A stretch of DNA of 60,435 nt, the filler included, from Nemertoderma westbladi (taxonomy: Eukaryota > Animalia > Xenacoelomorpha): the NCBI GenBank assembly GCA_032718475.1. It is 4 parts of 4 records of this genome, joined end to end, with 100 filler letters (N's around TTAATTAATTAA, not from the genome) between each part and the next. Parts side by side here need not be neighbours in the genome. Positions count along the whole stretch, not along the records: positions 27,601 to 47,049 come from JAUCBJ010006487.1; positions 47,150 to 60,435 come from JAUCBJ010006735.1; 2 more parts are not named here. One strand, given 5' to 3'. A program made the translations under genes and the position numbers. Positions 37,801 to 51,172 of this stretch are shown here, piece after piece. Below the pieces are notes generated by a model. It had not been told where the DNA came from, did no database searches, and saw only the letters and a program-made list of their open reading frames with translations. Position 1 is the first letter of the stretch, and the number at the start of each line of letters is the position of its first letter.

Positions 37801-40276
37801 GACGATTTATCCTCTGCAATTGTATATACTAACTAAGACTACTAGTAGTATACCGGTATTGAAGAATCACATCTACTCAAATCCAGATTACCATTTATTA
37901 CTTTGGTATATTATAGGGGAAATAATGACAATGTTATGGAAGCGATTGAATGACCACGGTAAGAATTGGCGGCACGTCTATAAAGCCCTAACGGTTATGG
38001 ACTATCTCATAAAGACGGGCTCTGAGAGGGTTGCACAGCAGTGCAAGGAGAATATTTACGCTATACAAACTCTCAAAGACTTTCAGTTTGTAGAAAAGGT
38101 TGGGAATATCACCACAATATATACATCGTACCGGCACCACATAGTGTAGCAAAGTACCCCTCCTAAGTACCCCCTGCTGATATTTTTTTCAACCTCCCTG
38201 TTCAAATTCCCTGTATTACAAATGCGAACTACAATAATTTAGGGTTTAACTATGTAATATTAAGAATTGAATAGTGTAGTGTAGGGATGCGACAGAGCTA
38301 AAATTTCCTCAAGGTTTGGTGATTGATAATTCCAGTGTATTAATATAGTAGACATTAACAGATATTTGTCCATGATACATGGGGGGGGGGGGGTGGGGGG
38401 GATTTGATGCAATTTATTACTCGACGAATTAATATCTCGCCTCAATGTTAAATTATCAATTAAGTGAAATGAGCAATTTACAGTCGCACACTATTCTAAT
38501 CAAAACAATAAACTAACTATGTTCAATATAACAGGTTACAGTTTTTTTTTGTAGTAATCAGCAGTTATTTGCGTCGATTTTCCCCTGGAGAGGGAAGGGA
38601 TGAATTTATATTGCGTCCAAAGACTCCCTGCTGTAAAATGGTACATCAACCAATGGGTATCGTGACGAAGCCAAAAAAACTATATTGGGGGGGGGGGGGG
38701 GGGGGGTGCTACTCTACCGACATCAAAACAATGCAGGACATTATTATGACCATCGCTAATTAATTTATGTCAGGTAATACATCATAGGTCCTATAGTCGT
38801 TAGGTCCCGTGACATAATGTCCTGCGACAATAGATCCTTAGTTACAACAGCTATGATTACTAGTATAAAATTAATCTGTAACATGTGCTATCGAAACTCG
38901 TTTATTGTTTTGGTTAGAATAATACCGGTCTGTCACTATATAACGTGCACCCTTCTCGACTGAAAAAACGACATGAACAGTACCAACCTGTTGTGGATGG
39001 GGGGTGGGGGTCAGTGGAATTGGGGTTCTAGACTGACGAACGAAACGATAGTAGGGCCTACATGTATTTAATATTTTTAATTAGGGATGAATATTAATTG
39101 AATTAACTGAATCATTTCAATGTTTTTGTTCAAACAAACAATTTCACAAGGGGGGTGGGAGTTTATTAGGAAACTTGAAAAAACAAGCTGTAAATTACTT
39201 AATGAGTTATTATGTTAATTACTATGATATTTACATTATTCATACATCAGAAAAACTTATTATTTTAATTCAAATTTCAACAACATAAGCTCCGGATTGG
39301 CTCCGGGTTAATTTGCCCGGAGCCGGAACCAGAGCCGGAACTAGAAAATTGGCCCGGAGCTCCGGATTTCCGGAGTCGGAGCCGGAGCTCTGTCGCATCC
39401 CTAGTGTAGTGTATGAATGCGTGTAGTACGCATTGAATACGTGTAATGCGCCTAGGAAGGTCTCCAATCCTTACTATACTGCTATAGGCCCACTAAAAAA
39501 TACCATCAAATCGAAAAAAATTAGAACCACCCGGGTTCGTTTATAGTACCGGTATATTATTTCTTCAATAAAATGCTTCTATCAGGGTTTGTTATTTGCT
39601 GCACCTGACTTTATGGCTCTCAGGTAAACCTAAACTCAACATTTATTGTCAACTGATTGTCAACACAAATGTTGATAAAGTAAATAAATTTAATGTTTCA
39701 ATTTTAGGAGGATCACTCATTATCGGTTATTTAAACTACTAACTAGATACCATGTAACTGCATTTTTTAACTAAGGATAAAATGATTACAATAATAAAAT
39801 TAACTTATATTATTATTATATACCGGTACAATACATTCTATATTTTTAATCTTATATTTAACCTTTCAACGTTTTTAAGTGCGGGGGCGATATTATTTAA
39901 ACCTAGTAGCGTTTGTAAAATTGACGCCTTCTTGGTATCGTTAATTTACCGTACTTAGTAATTAGTACCGGTATTTAATTGGTAACATGCGTTTGTATGC
40001 GGTATTACATACGGTGTCTATATTGTTTCCTTTGCTTTACATATGGTTGCTTTTATGACCAGGACGGAAAGGATAACGGACAAAACGTTCGTGAGAAATC
40101 GAAGGCGATGGTCGCGTTGTTGAAGGATGACGAACGGTTGAAACAGGAGCGATCCCGAGCATTAGCTGCGAAAGAACGCTTCGCACAGGCGGCAGCCGTT
40201 GGTATCAGTAGCAACAACCAAGTAACGTACGGTACAGGGACAGCCAGACACGATACAACCCCGTCAGGGACAGATG
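34802..40276 (+). CDS. EPN: Epsin (ENTH domain), 5' exons 34802-34970, 37917-38098, 40063-40276; the 3' part was not found before the gap
   Basis: RRQAKNV..AEKKVREATSNDPWGPSSSLM / EIMTMLWKRLNDHGKNWRHVYKAL / DGKDNGQNVREKSK..LLKDDERLKQER. GT-AG boundaries have compatible phases (1, 0). Confidence 0.95.
34996..36813. mobile_element. Non-autonomous DNA transposon with CAG...CTG ends and 5-bp TSD (TACAA)
   Basis: Perfect TIR CAGTCGGTGAGAAGTCAAAAATTGGACT, subterminal AAGTCCAAT(A/T)TTGGACT repeats, and TACAA at 34991-34995 and 36814-36818. Confidence 0.9.
35478..35819 (+). mobile_element. RTE LINE 3' end nested in the CAG element
   Basis: Same 3' sequence as the other RTE copies, with a (TAG)n tail. 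Confidence 0.85.
36814..37602 (+). repeat. 38-bp tandem repeat of the epsin exon 1 end plus splice donor
   Basis: Unit TACAATGTTATGGCATTCG|GTAAGTCGCTGATATGACG matches 34937-34974. About 9 copies, interrupted by two transposons. Confidence 0.95.
37053..37503. mobile_element. Foldback-type element ending CCCTG with a TAGGC target duplication
   Basis: GGTCCTACGAATTACCCCAAAA...TTTTGGGGTAATTCGTAGGACCCTG. The empty site GACGTAGGCCTACAATG is visible at 36962-36978. Confidence 0.85.
38282..39403. mobile_element. Non-autonomous hAT-like element
   Basis: 18-bp TIR TAGGGATGCGACAGAGCT and an 8-bp TSD GTGTAGTG (38274-38281, 39404-39411). Confidence 0.85.
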
Positions 40277-42265
40277 GTTAGTAACGTACGGTACAGGGAC
40301 AGCCAGACATGATACAACCCCGTCAGGGTCAGATGGTTAGTAACGTACGGTACAGGGACAGATGGTTAGTAACGTACGGTACAGGGAGAGATGGTTAGTA
40401 ACGTACGGTACAGGGACAGATGGTTAGTAACGTACGGTACAGGGACAGATGGTTAGTAACGTACGGTACAGGGAGAGATGGTTAGTAACGTACGGTACAG
40501 GGAGAGATGGTTAGTAACGTACGGTACAGGGACAGATGGTTAGTAACGTACGGTACAGGGACAGATGGTTAGTAACGTACGGTACAGGGAGATATGGTTA
40601 GTAACGTACGGTACAGGGACAGATGGTTAGTAACGTACGGTACAGGGAGAGATGGTTAGTAACGTACGGTACAGGGAGAGATGGTTAGTAACGTACGGTA
40701 CAGGGACAGATGGTTAGTAACGTACGGTACAGGGACAGATGGTTAGTAACGTACGGTACAGGGAGAGATGGTTAGTAACGTACGGTACAGGGACAGATGG
40801 TTAGTAACGTACGGTACAGGGACAGATGGTTAGTAACGTACGGTACAGGGACAGATGGTTAGTAACGTACGGTACAGGGACAGATGGTTAGTAACGTACG
40901 GTACAGGGACAGATGGTTAGTAACGTACGGTACAGGGACAGATGGTTAGTAACGTACGGTACAGGGACAGATGGTTAGTAACGTACGGTACAGGGACAGA
41001 TGGTTAGTAACGTACGGTACAGGGACAGATGGTTAGTAAAGTACGGTACTGGGACAGATGGTTAGTAACGTACGGTACAGGGACAGATGGTTAGTAACGT
41101 ACGGTACAGGGACAGATGGTTAGTAACGTACGGTACAGGGACAGATGGTTAGTAACGTACGGTACAGGGACAGATGGTTAGTAACGTACGGTACAGGGAC
41201 AGATGGTTAGTAACGTACGGTACAGGGACAGATGGTTAGTAACGTACGGTACAGGGACAGATGGTTAGTAACGTACGGTACAGGGACAGATGGTTAGTAA
41301 CGTACGGTACAGGGACAGATGGTTAGTAACGTACGGTACAGGGACAGATGGTTAGTAACGTACGGTACAGGGACAGATGGTTAGTAACGTACGGTACAGG
41401 GACAGATGGTTAGTAACGTACGGTACAGGGACAGATGGTTAGTAACGTACGGTACAGGGACAGATGGTTAGTAACGTACGGTACAGGGACAGATGGTTAG
41501 TAACGTACGGTACAGGGACAGATGGTTAGTAACGTACGGTACAGGGACAGATGGTTAGTAACGTACGGTACAGGGAGAGATGGTTAGTAACGTACGGTAC
41601 AGGGACAGATGGTTAGTAACGTACGGTACAGGGACAGATGGTTAGTAACGTACGGTACAGGGACAGATGGTTAGTAACGTACAGTACAGGGACAGATGGT
41701 TAGTAACGTACGGTACAGGGACAGATGGTTAGTAACGTACGGTACAGGGACAGATGGTTAGTAACGTACGGTACAGGGACAGGTGGTTAGTAACGTACGG
41801 TACAGGGACAGATGGTTAGTAGCGTACGGTACAGGGAGAGATGGTTAGTAACGTACGGTACAGGGAGAGATGGTTAGTAACGTACGGTACAGGGAGAGAT
41901 GGTTAGTAACGTACGGTACAGGGAGAGATGGTTAGTAACGTACGGTACAGGGAGAGATGGTTAGTAACGTACGGTACAGGGACAGATGGTTAGTAACGTA
42001 CGGTACAGGGAGAGATGGTTAGTAACGTACGGTACAGGGAGAGATGGTTAGTAACGTACGGTACAGGGAGAGTTGGTTAGTAACGTACGGTACAGGGAGA
42101 GATGGTTAGTAACGTACGGTACAGGGACAGATGGTTAGTAACGTACGGTACAGGGAGAGATGGTTAGTAACGTACGGTACAGGGAGAGATGGTTAGTAAC
42201 GTACGGTACAGGGAGAGTTGGTTAGTAACGTACAGTACAGGGACAGCCAGACACGATACAACCCC
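40277..42265 (+). repeat. 29-bp tandem array (about 66 copies) derived from the epsin exon 3 end plus splice donor
   Basis: Unit GTTAGTAACGTACGGTACAGGGACAGATG. The first unit is a 59-bp copy of the exon end. Confidence 0.97.
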
Positions 42266-42523
42266 TGGGGGACAGCTATAATAGATGCGACACATAACGG
42301 GTGGTTTAGGTTTTACTATCTCTTCCCGTTATACACCATGGGGGTGCTATCATCTCCATGTTGTGCATTTACCTTCACTATATCTAGGCTTAGCTATTTA
42401 TGTTGCAGTGATGAGTCTATAAATCTGTCAATCCTCTGATATATTAATGATTGAATTGTATTAATTTTCTGAGCAACATTATGTTTATCCTGAATTAGTG
42501 ACAGTTCTCATTCCGTAGTTTCA

Positions 42524-44676
42524 ATAGGGTTGGTTCGCAAAAAAATTGTTGGGCTAGAAACAATCGAATAAGGGATAATAAGGTGCCCTGAATCGAGTGG
42601 CGGGAAAAACACAAGGGAACGGTCGAAACGGCGGGTTTAATTAAACCCGGGAAGCCGTTTTTGAAAATCGGCTTTGATTGGCTGCTACATATTTGACGTC
42701 ATTACGCAGTGATCTGATAATTTATTATCTTGGTTTCTATGGAGAGAGATTTTAGATCCATTCAAATACACATTAAATCTCAACGTGCTTCACGTGTGGC
42801 TTATATCAATTGAAAGCGGAGAGTCTTGCGCGTCCACTACAATTAATTAAATTCATGATATGAGGAACATTGATAAATATATGTATTCAGCTGTATTTCC
42901 AACAGCAATACGGCTTCCTGGAAAACACGCAACGGCGCAACAGCGCAACCGCGCAACAGCACAACAGCTGTATAACCAATGAGCAGCATTGGCGCAACGC
43001 GCAACAACCTAAGATTGGTTTATACATTCCACTCTAATTCCATTGGCTTGTACATTCTGTTGCGTTCTATGACATTACATTTCTGTAGCGCCGATGCCGC
43101 AACAAGCAGAGAACAGGAGAAGTTAGGCCTACAAATCAAGGTGTACTAAATAACTAATATTATTTAGTACACCTTGATACAAATACATGAAAATACTGGT
43201 TATTGATCAGCTGACAGGAAGTAGTCATGCTGTCAGGTAGTGCTGTAGTGTTGGCAACGCGCAGGCAGACTCTTTGATACATTGTACCATAGCCTTCTAT
43301 ACACTGTACAGTTGTATGGTATGTCTGCATACAGCAGTGCAATGTGTGTGTCATGTCCAAGTACTAATGATAACATACCGGACCAAGATATTTCCAGAAC
43401 ATTACAATCGAACATCATCAATCCAGTCGAACATCCAGTCATCAATTGAAGTTGACGAACAAGTAGAATTCATTCGCGCCAAGGAATCAAAGGCAAAGAA
43501 GTGTGACAGCTGTTAGTAATAAGGGGGATTTCAATCACAGAAATCAGTTAATTCTGAAAACACGGGGTATACGGTACTTTGTCGCAATAATTTTTATTTA
43601 TTTTATTTAATATTCTGCCGTAATAAATCAGGTTACACTGTTATTTTTGGGAGTAATCAGGCGTTATTTGCGTCGACTTTCCCCTGGCCGCTTGGAGACA
43701 TATGAATTTTGATTGCGTTGAAAGTCCACGCTCCCATTTATTTTATAAAAATAAATGAATGATCATGCGTCCTAATTAATCGAATCTATTGAAATGGCAA
43801 TGTTCTAATAAATTACAAGTTTTAAGTTTGTCACAAAAGGACTTAACACTTACTGATTCGATAACGTCACTGGGAAGTGAGTTCCATATTGGTACTAGGA
43901 TTGTTATAGGTCGCATCCCTTTTAGAACGTACAGTACCTACTTTGCTTTATTTATTACTCTGTTGCGCCATCGGCGCTACAGAAATGTAATGCCATAGAA
44001 CGCAACAGAATGTACAAGCCAATGGAATTAGAGTGGAATGTATAAACCAATCTTAGGTTGTTGCGCTGTTGCGCCAATGCTGCCCATTGGTTATAGAGCT
44101 GTTGCGCCAATGCTAACACCGGTCAACTGGTAATATAATACAGTAATAATTGGCAGTAGGCAACTTGAATATTAAAAATGTGTCCCGGTCAACGGTAAAC
44201 CCTACTTAATGAAGTAAATCTGCAATACTTAGATACTGCAATAGGCTGAGTGTTTACATACCTGGGTCAGGCAATCTGCCGAGTTTGTAATTGTAAACAG
44301 CATTTTATCAATCTTTCCCTTTATGAATTTAATTAATTGTAGTGGACGCGCAAGACTCTCCGCTTTCAATTGATATAAATGTGTGACGTGTGAAATAAAC
44401 GTGTGAAATGATTGAGATTAAATGTGTATTTGAATCGATCTAAAATCTCTCTCCATAGAAACCAAGATAAAAAAATATCAGATCACTGCGTAATGACGTC
44501 AAGTAGCAGCCAATCGCAGCCGATTTCCAAAAACGGCTTCCCGCGCTTACTTAAACCCGGCATTTCGACCGTTTCCACGTGTTTTTACAAAAAACACACC
44601 CCGCCACTCGATTCAGGGCATCTTCTGTTTCTAGCCAATTAGCAAAATAGACAATTTTTTCGCGCACCAACCCTAT
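42524..44676. mobile_element. Composite palindromic region bounded by inverted MITE copies
   Basis: 42524-42857 is inverted relative to 44323-44676, and the inner pair 42960-43100 is inverted relative to 43960-44112. Confidence 0.75.
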
Positions 44677-45140
44677 TCAATTTTACCTCAACGAAGTCAA
44701 AACAAAAGATAATATAATTGTTTTGAATAACAATAATTTACAATAAATAAGATCAAAAAGGTCAGAAGGCGCCAGTGGAAACAACTGGACTCGAACCCGT
44801 GATGATCAAGTTCAGTTGTATTTTATACAATTTTTAAGGGAAGTATCCACTTGGCTAAGCTGACCCGAGGTAAAAGAGCGTAGAAATATAGGCCTAACAC
44901 AAAGTAGATACATAATTCCAGGAATATTTGTCAACGTTCCTCATTGGTCAACATTAGAGTTTGGAACTAAATCCATCAGATAATTCCTTCAGATGGCAAG
45001 CAATTGGAGTGATATTAACCAATCAGATAGCGACTATGCTTACAAAGTAACTCTTGGCTGGGGTGTAGCCATGGCCATGGTGTAGCTGTAGATAGAGGCC
45101 CATATCGCGGTAAATGGAAGGAATGCCTTTATCATACTGA

Positions 45141-45622
45141 ATAGGGATGGTGCGCGAAAAAATTGTTGGGCTAGAACCAAGTGAATAAGGGGTGTCCTGA
45201 ATGCCCTGAAGGTGGCCTGAATCGAGTGGCGGGGTGTGTTTTTTGTAAAAACTCGAGGAAACTGTCGAAATGCTGGGTTTAAGTAAGCGCGGGAGGTCAA
45301 TTTTGATAATCGGCTTTGATTGGCTGCTACATATTTGACGTCATTACGCAGTGATCTGGTAATTTTTTTTTATCTTGGTTTCTATGGAGAGAGATTTTCG
45401 ATCGATTCAAATACACATTAAATCTCAATCATTTCACACGTGACGTGGCTTATATCAATTGAAAGCGGAGAGTCTTGCGCGTCCACTACAATTAATTAAA
45501 TTCATAAAGGGAAAGATTGATAAAAAAAACTGTTTACAATTACAAAAAAAACAACCCGCCACCTTCTTACCCCTTATTCATTCATTTCTAGCCCAACAAT
45601 TTTTTCGCGCATTAACCCTATT
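45141..45622. mobile_element. MITE, same family as the 42524/44676 ends
   Basis: TIR ATAGGG..TGCGCGAAAAAATTGTTGGGCTAGAA ... TTCTAGCCCAACAATTTTTTCGCGCA..CCCTAT. Confidence 0.85.
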
Positions 45623-47049
45623 ACATTAACTAATTACTATTACATTATTATTTAATCAACAATTACGCATTCCGAACCAGGCAGCTGTTACAGAGACAAT
45701 CGAATGATCGTATTGCGGATTTGTTCTTTTTCGAGTTTTTATTTATTCTTCCCCTTGTCATGCGATTTAGAAGAAACTGGTAAATCATATGAATCTAATC
45801 AAACTGGGTCTGTCGCACCTAAACCCCGTAGTTGTAAGTCGATAGCAACGGTTCAACAAAAACAATCAGTGGAACCGGAGAATATCAGTTCCTTGGCAAC
45901 CAACCAACCTACCAATAATAGAGGAATTCTAGAAGCCGTTGTACCTTTGACCTATCAGGCCTTCGTCAGGCATGTATATGTAGAACCACCTGGATTTTAC
46001 CAAATCCTAAAATGAAATCATAATCAGCGGTTATTATAATTTCCTTGAATAATAAACAACTTATCATTTTATAATTCTGATGTTCTGATGTTACCTTTAA
46101 TTTAAATTTGATTGCTTTATCATTTTCTATCTACACTCATCTTCAATATAGTAATCTCCATCCATATTGCCTTCCCTTTGATAACCCACACCCCAAGAAT
46201 ATTCCATATTTTTTTTATATTTTTATATTTCGTATAACCGCTGCTAAAGCTATACGTCATGATCTATTCCTTATCCTTCTATCCTCGTATTAACAATGTT
46301 ACTCCATCATCCAACCAATATTCTTTGAACATGTTGGTCTTCGGTCACACCAAGACTGTGGACGTATTGTGCGATTTACTTGAATATAGTCACATTTCAA
46401 ACCTAAAAGAAAAGGTGGGCCGTTAAATTACAAAGAAATATTACCATTAATTAAGGTGATTAAGGTGCTTAATTATGCATAAATTATCATAATTAATGAG
46501 GACAAATTACGAAACAGTAGAAACACGATTTCTCCTTTAGTTCTCGACGGATTTTTAAAAAGTATTTTTTTACAAATTTACATTATAAATTTTGTAATTT
46601 TTTGACGAAAAATTAAGAATTTTGTATAAGGACACCATACGTTTACGTTTTCTAAATATTTTTTCAAAATTATTTTTGTTAATTTTATCGCACAGTTTCG
46701 GAGTATACCAAAGCAAAAAAACAGATTGAAAATCGGTTCACAAATTGTGTTCCCAATTTTCCAATCAACCAATATTTTCAAAAAATAATTTTGAGTAAAA
46801 TCGATTTAAAGTACAGCCATAGTAATTCAAACCGTCCAGCCAGTTTAATATTATGCAATTTTTCTCCATGGCAACCAAACTGTCTGTTTGTTTATCTTAC
46901 TGTCCGTAATATTTTGACAGAGTGACTGACAGAATGACATCCATAAAGACAGACACAATGTCGGGAAATATAAAAAAACTGGCTTCAGAAATGAAATGTC
47001 ATGAATGGAATGAATAAAACATGGGTTGTGTGCTTTTTACATTTCGACT

Positions 47050-47149
47050 NNNNNNNNNNNNNNNNNNNNNNNNNNNNNNNNNNNNNNNNNNNNTTAATTA
47101 ATTAANNNNNNNNNNNNNNNNNNNNNNNNNNNNNNNNNNNNNNNNNNNN
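47050..47149. other. Artificial assembly gap/linker
   Basis: Ns with a central TTAATTAATTAA. Confidence 0.97.
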
Positions 47150-47228
47150 GTCAGAACAGTATTAAACTGTATTTAATGCCTACACTTGCAACCTTATTAC
47201 TCACTGCAATAAGACCATAAACTGTTAC

Positions 47229-48446
47229 TGTTCGCGCTTTCGAAGACCTTTAGCAGTTTAACCTGCCAAAATTTATATGTCTTTTCGTTAATTAAAACCA
47301 CTTTAGCATACGACAATAATTTATGCTAATACGCAAAACATTAGCCGAAGTCAGCCCATGCGCGATCATTCACCCGATGGATCTACACCCGGGAGACTGA
47401 ATTCGGATGCTTGAATTGTATTATTACAGTGTAAGGTTGTAGTGTACACCTAATGTATTATTCGATAGATCGTTAATAATTAATCTCTGACAGATATTAT
47501 TGGCTTTCGGGAAATATTAACAGTTCCTTTAGGACGTGGCGCTTTACCTATTTAAACAGAACTAAGACTTATACTAAACGCAACGATACTGCTGCTGATT
47601 AAAGTATAAAACGTATTCTTTAGGAAATACTTTGTTACCAATCACAATCATACACACTCTTCTGCCGACAGTCAGTATATTTGATCACACATAAAGAGAG
47701 CAGTAATTGACTCGCGTAGGGTCTGCTAAATAACATTGGATTCAATACACACCACATTAATATAAATCGCAATTGTTATTTATAGCCGGTCTCTCTAACC
47801 TGTAGTGTTATCAAGAAAATTGGGAATTGGGTGATTTATCCGTATTATCCAAATAGCGATATTTCCATCAACAAATATTTACAATTAATAACTGACGGTA
47901 AAATAACAGTACAAACAATATGATTAATGAATTAGTGAGTGATTTAAGTCAGGATTGATGAGGTAACAGTTTATACTTTCGATAATTCAAGCAGTTTACG
48001 GTACAGCAGTATTGGTTACAAAATGCCGGTGTTTCTGGCTTAGACAGCAATAACAACAAAAGTGACAACTCTCTCTCTCTCTCCCGTCAGAAGGTAACAC
48101 TCTCCATGATTTCCAGGAAAGCTACACGTCGACAGGAAAAACCGCCCTGATTGGCCCAAGCCAAACAAAGAACCACGCTGCCAATGGCTGTTTCCATGTC
48201 AGCAACCAGCTGCTAGATGTCGTAATATGAATCATCACGGCTAAGCTGTGAAAGGTGGTTTGTGCATTACAAGTTTTTGTCTTACCATGTCCGCTAAAAC
48301 ACGTATATAGCAGAATGATTTTTATGTCCGTTAAAACACCTGTAAAGGTACCTTGCGGGCGAGGGGAATATATATACAGTTAGAAAACCTTTTTTAGAGT
48401 ATTCCAGCGCCGGGGGGGGAACTGGCCAGCCAAGGCAAACGTATCA
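47229..48446 (-). mobile_element. Probable solo LTR (right boundary tentative)
   Basis: TG...CA ends with a near-TSD GTTAC/GTTAT. It is homologous to 1-732 and 27230-27500. Confidence 0.45.
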
Positions 48447-48468
48447 GTTATCCCACAAAAGCTTTTAC

Positions 48469-50661
48469 AGACTTTTAGAAACGATTTTGCAGACTCATAT
48501 ACCCCTCAGACTTTTAGAAACGATTTTGCAGACTCATATACCCCTCAGACTTTTAGAAACGATTTTGCAGACTCATATACCCCTCAGACTTTTAGAAACG
48601 ATTTTGCAGACTCATATACCCCTCAGACTTTTAGAAACGATTTTGCAGACTCATATACCCCTCAGACTTTTAGAAACGATTTTGCAGACTCATATACCCC
48701 CCAGACCTTTAGAAACGATTTTGCAGACTCATATACCCCCCAGACTTTTAGAAACGATTTTGCAGACTCATATACCCCTCAGACTTTTAGAAACGATTTT
48801 GCAGACTCATATACCCCCCAGACCTTTAGAAACGATTTTGCAGACTCATATACCCCTCAGACTTTTAGAAACGATTTTGCAGACTCATATACCCCTCAGA
48901 CTTTTAGAAACGATTTTGCAGACTCATATACCCCTCAGACTTTTAGAAACGATTTTGCAGACTCATATACCCCCCAGACCTTTAGAAACGATTTTGCAGA
49001 CTCATATACCCCCCAGACTTTTAGAAACGATTTTGCAGACTCATATACCCCTCAGACTTTTAGAAACGATTTTGCAGACTCATATACCCCTCAGACTTTT
49101 AGAAACGATTTTGCAGACTCATATACCCCTCAGACTTTTAGAAACGATTTTGCAGACTCATATACCCCCCAGACTTTTAGAAACGATTTTGCAGACTCAT
49201 ATACCCCTCAGACTTTTAGAAACGATTTTGCAGACTCATATACCCCTCAGACTTTTAGAAACGATTTTGCAGACTCATATACCCCTCAGACTTTTAGAAA
49301 CGATTTTGCAGACTCATATACCCCCCAGACTTTTAGAAACGATTTTGCAGACTCATATACCCCTCAGACTTTTAGAAACGATTTTGCAGACTCATATACC
49401 CCTCAGTCTTTTAGAAACGATTTTGCAGACTCATATACCCCCCAGACTTTTAGAAACGATTTTGCAGACTCATATACCCCCCAGACTTCTAGAAACGATT
49501 TTGCAGACTCATATACCCCTCAGACTTTTATAAACGATTTTGCAGACTCATATACCCCCCAGACTTCTAGAAACGATTTTGCAGACTCATATACCCCCCA
49601 GACTTTTAGAAACGATTTTGCAGACTCATATACCCCTCAGTCTTTTAAAAACGATTTTGCTGACTCATATACCCCCCAGACTTCTAGAAACGATTTTGCA
49701 GACTCATATACCCCCCTGACTTCTAGAAACGATTTTGCAGACTCATATACCCCCCAGACTTCTAGAAACGATTTTGCAGACTCATATACCCCCCAGACTT
49801 CTAGAAACGATTTTGCAAACTCATATACCCCTCAGACTTTTAGAAACGATTTTGCAGACTCATGTAACTCCCAGACTTTTAGAAACGATTTTGCAGACTC
49901 ATATACCCCTCAGACTTTTAGAAGCGATTTTGCAGACTCATATACAGTACCTCTCAGACTTTTAGAAACGATTTTGCAGACTCATATACCCCCCAGACTT
50001 CTAGAAACGATTTTGCAGACTCATATACCCCTCAGACTTTTAGAAACGATTTCGCAGACTCATATAACTCCCAGACTTTTAGAAACGATTTTGCAGACTC
50101 ATATACCCCTCAGACTTTTAGAAGCGATATTGCAGACTCATATACCTCTCAGACTTTTAGAAACGATTTTGCTGACTCATATACCCCCCAGACTTCTAGA
50201 AACGATTTTGCAGACTCATATACCCCCAGACTTCTAGAAACGATTTTGCAGACTCATATACCCCTCAGACTTTTAGAAACGATTTTGCAGACTCATATAA
50301 CTCCCAGACTTTTAGAAACGATTTTGCAGACTCATATACCCCCCAGACTTCTACAAACGATTTTGCAGACTCATATACCCCTCAGACTTTTAGAAACGAT
50401 TTTGCAGACTCATATAACTCTCAGACTTTTAGAAACGATTTTGCAGACTCATATACCCCTCAGACTTTTAGAAGCGATTTTGCAGACTCATATACCTCTC
50501 AGACTTTTAGAAGCGATTTTGCAGACTCATATACCCCTCAGACTTTTAGAAACGATTTTGCTGACTCATATACCCCTCAGACTTTTAGAAACGATTTTGC
50601 AGACTCATATACCTCTCAGACTTTTAGAAGCGATTTTGCAGACTCATATACCCCCCAGACT
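48469..50661. repeat. 39-bp minisatellite, about 56 copies
   Basis: Unit CAGACTTTTAGAAACGATTTTGCAGACTCATATACCCCT. Confidence 0.97.
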
Positions 50662-50969
50662 CAAAAAAACTTTTCGTTCCCTCTAAATTGCTTTAGTTCA
50701 CCTCTCAATTTCGACGCAATTAATATTTTTCTAAAATTTCTGACATTCACAGATCACCTAGAATCAATGACCTAGAATACCTGACCTGACTATGACCTGG
50801 CCAGAATACCAACAATGTCACAAATCCACGCAAAATTTGATCCATCATTAATTCTGTACCACACAAATCAATCTCAAAATCTTCACCTAAAAAGCTAATA
50901 ATAAAAACGAGTACAACCGCTGAAATTATATCGGACCCAATTCAAATTACAGAAATATTCAATGAACAC

Positions 50970-51172
50970 TATGTTCTACGCATGTTCTTAGATCATCATA
51001 ATGATGATGTGGTGATGATAACTCCACCTACTGGTTCCAGAAGTCGAGGGTACCTAACTGATCTAGACTTTGCTGATGACTTAGGAGTACTCTCAGAATC
51101 ACTAGAGGGAGCCCAACGGCTCCTCAGCTCATTAGAACATGCTGCTTCTAGTGTTGGTCTTTTTATTAACTC
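50970..51172 (+). mobile_element. RTE LINE RT fragment
   Basis: LTDLDFADDLGVLSESLEGAQRLL. Confidence 0.85.

Noticed and set aside
40277-42265. CRISPR-like array (29-bp repeats); also considered for the 38-, 39-, 40- and 57-bp arrays
   Set aside because: Units are head-to-tail with no unique spacers, there are no cas genes, and the context is eukaryotic.
45700-46400. Possible decayed coding remnant on the minus strand
   Set aside because: It has multiple stops and no family I can recognise, so it needs a translated search.
48487-50686. Long LQTHIPLRLLETI repeat ORFs
   Set aside because: These are a by-product of a 39-bp unit. They are interrupted by a stop and frameshifts and have no ATG start or unique flanking coding sequence.
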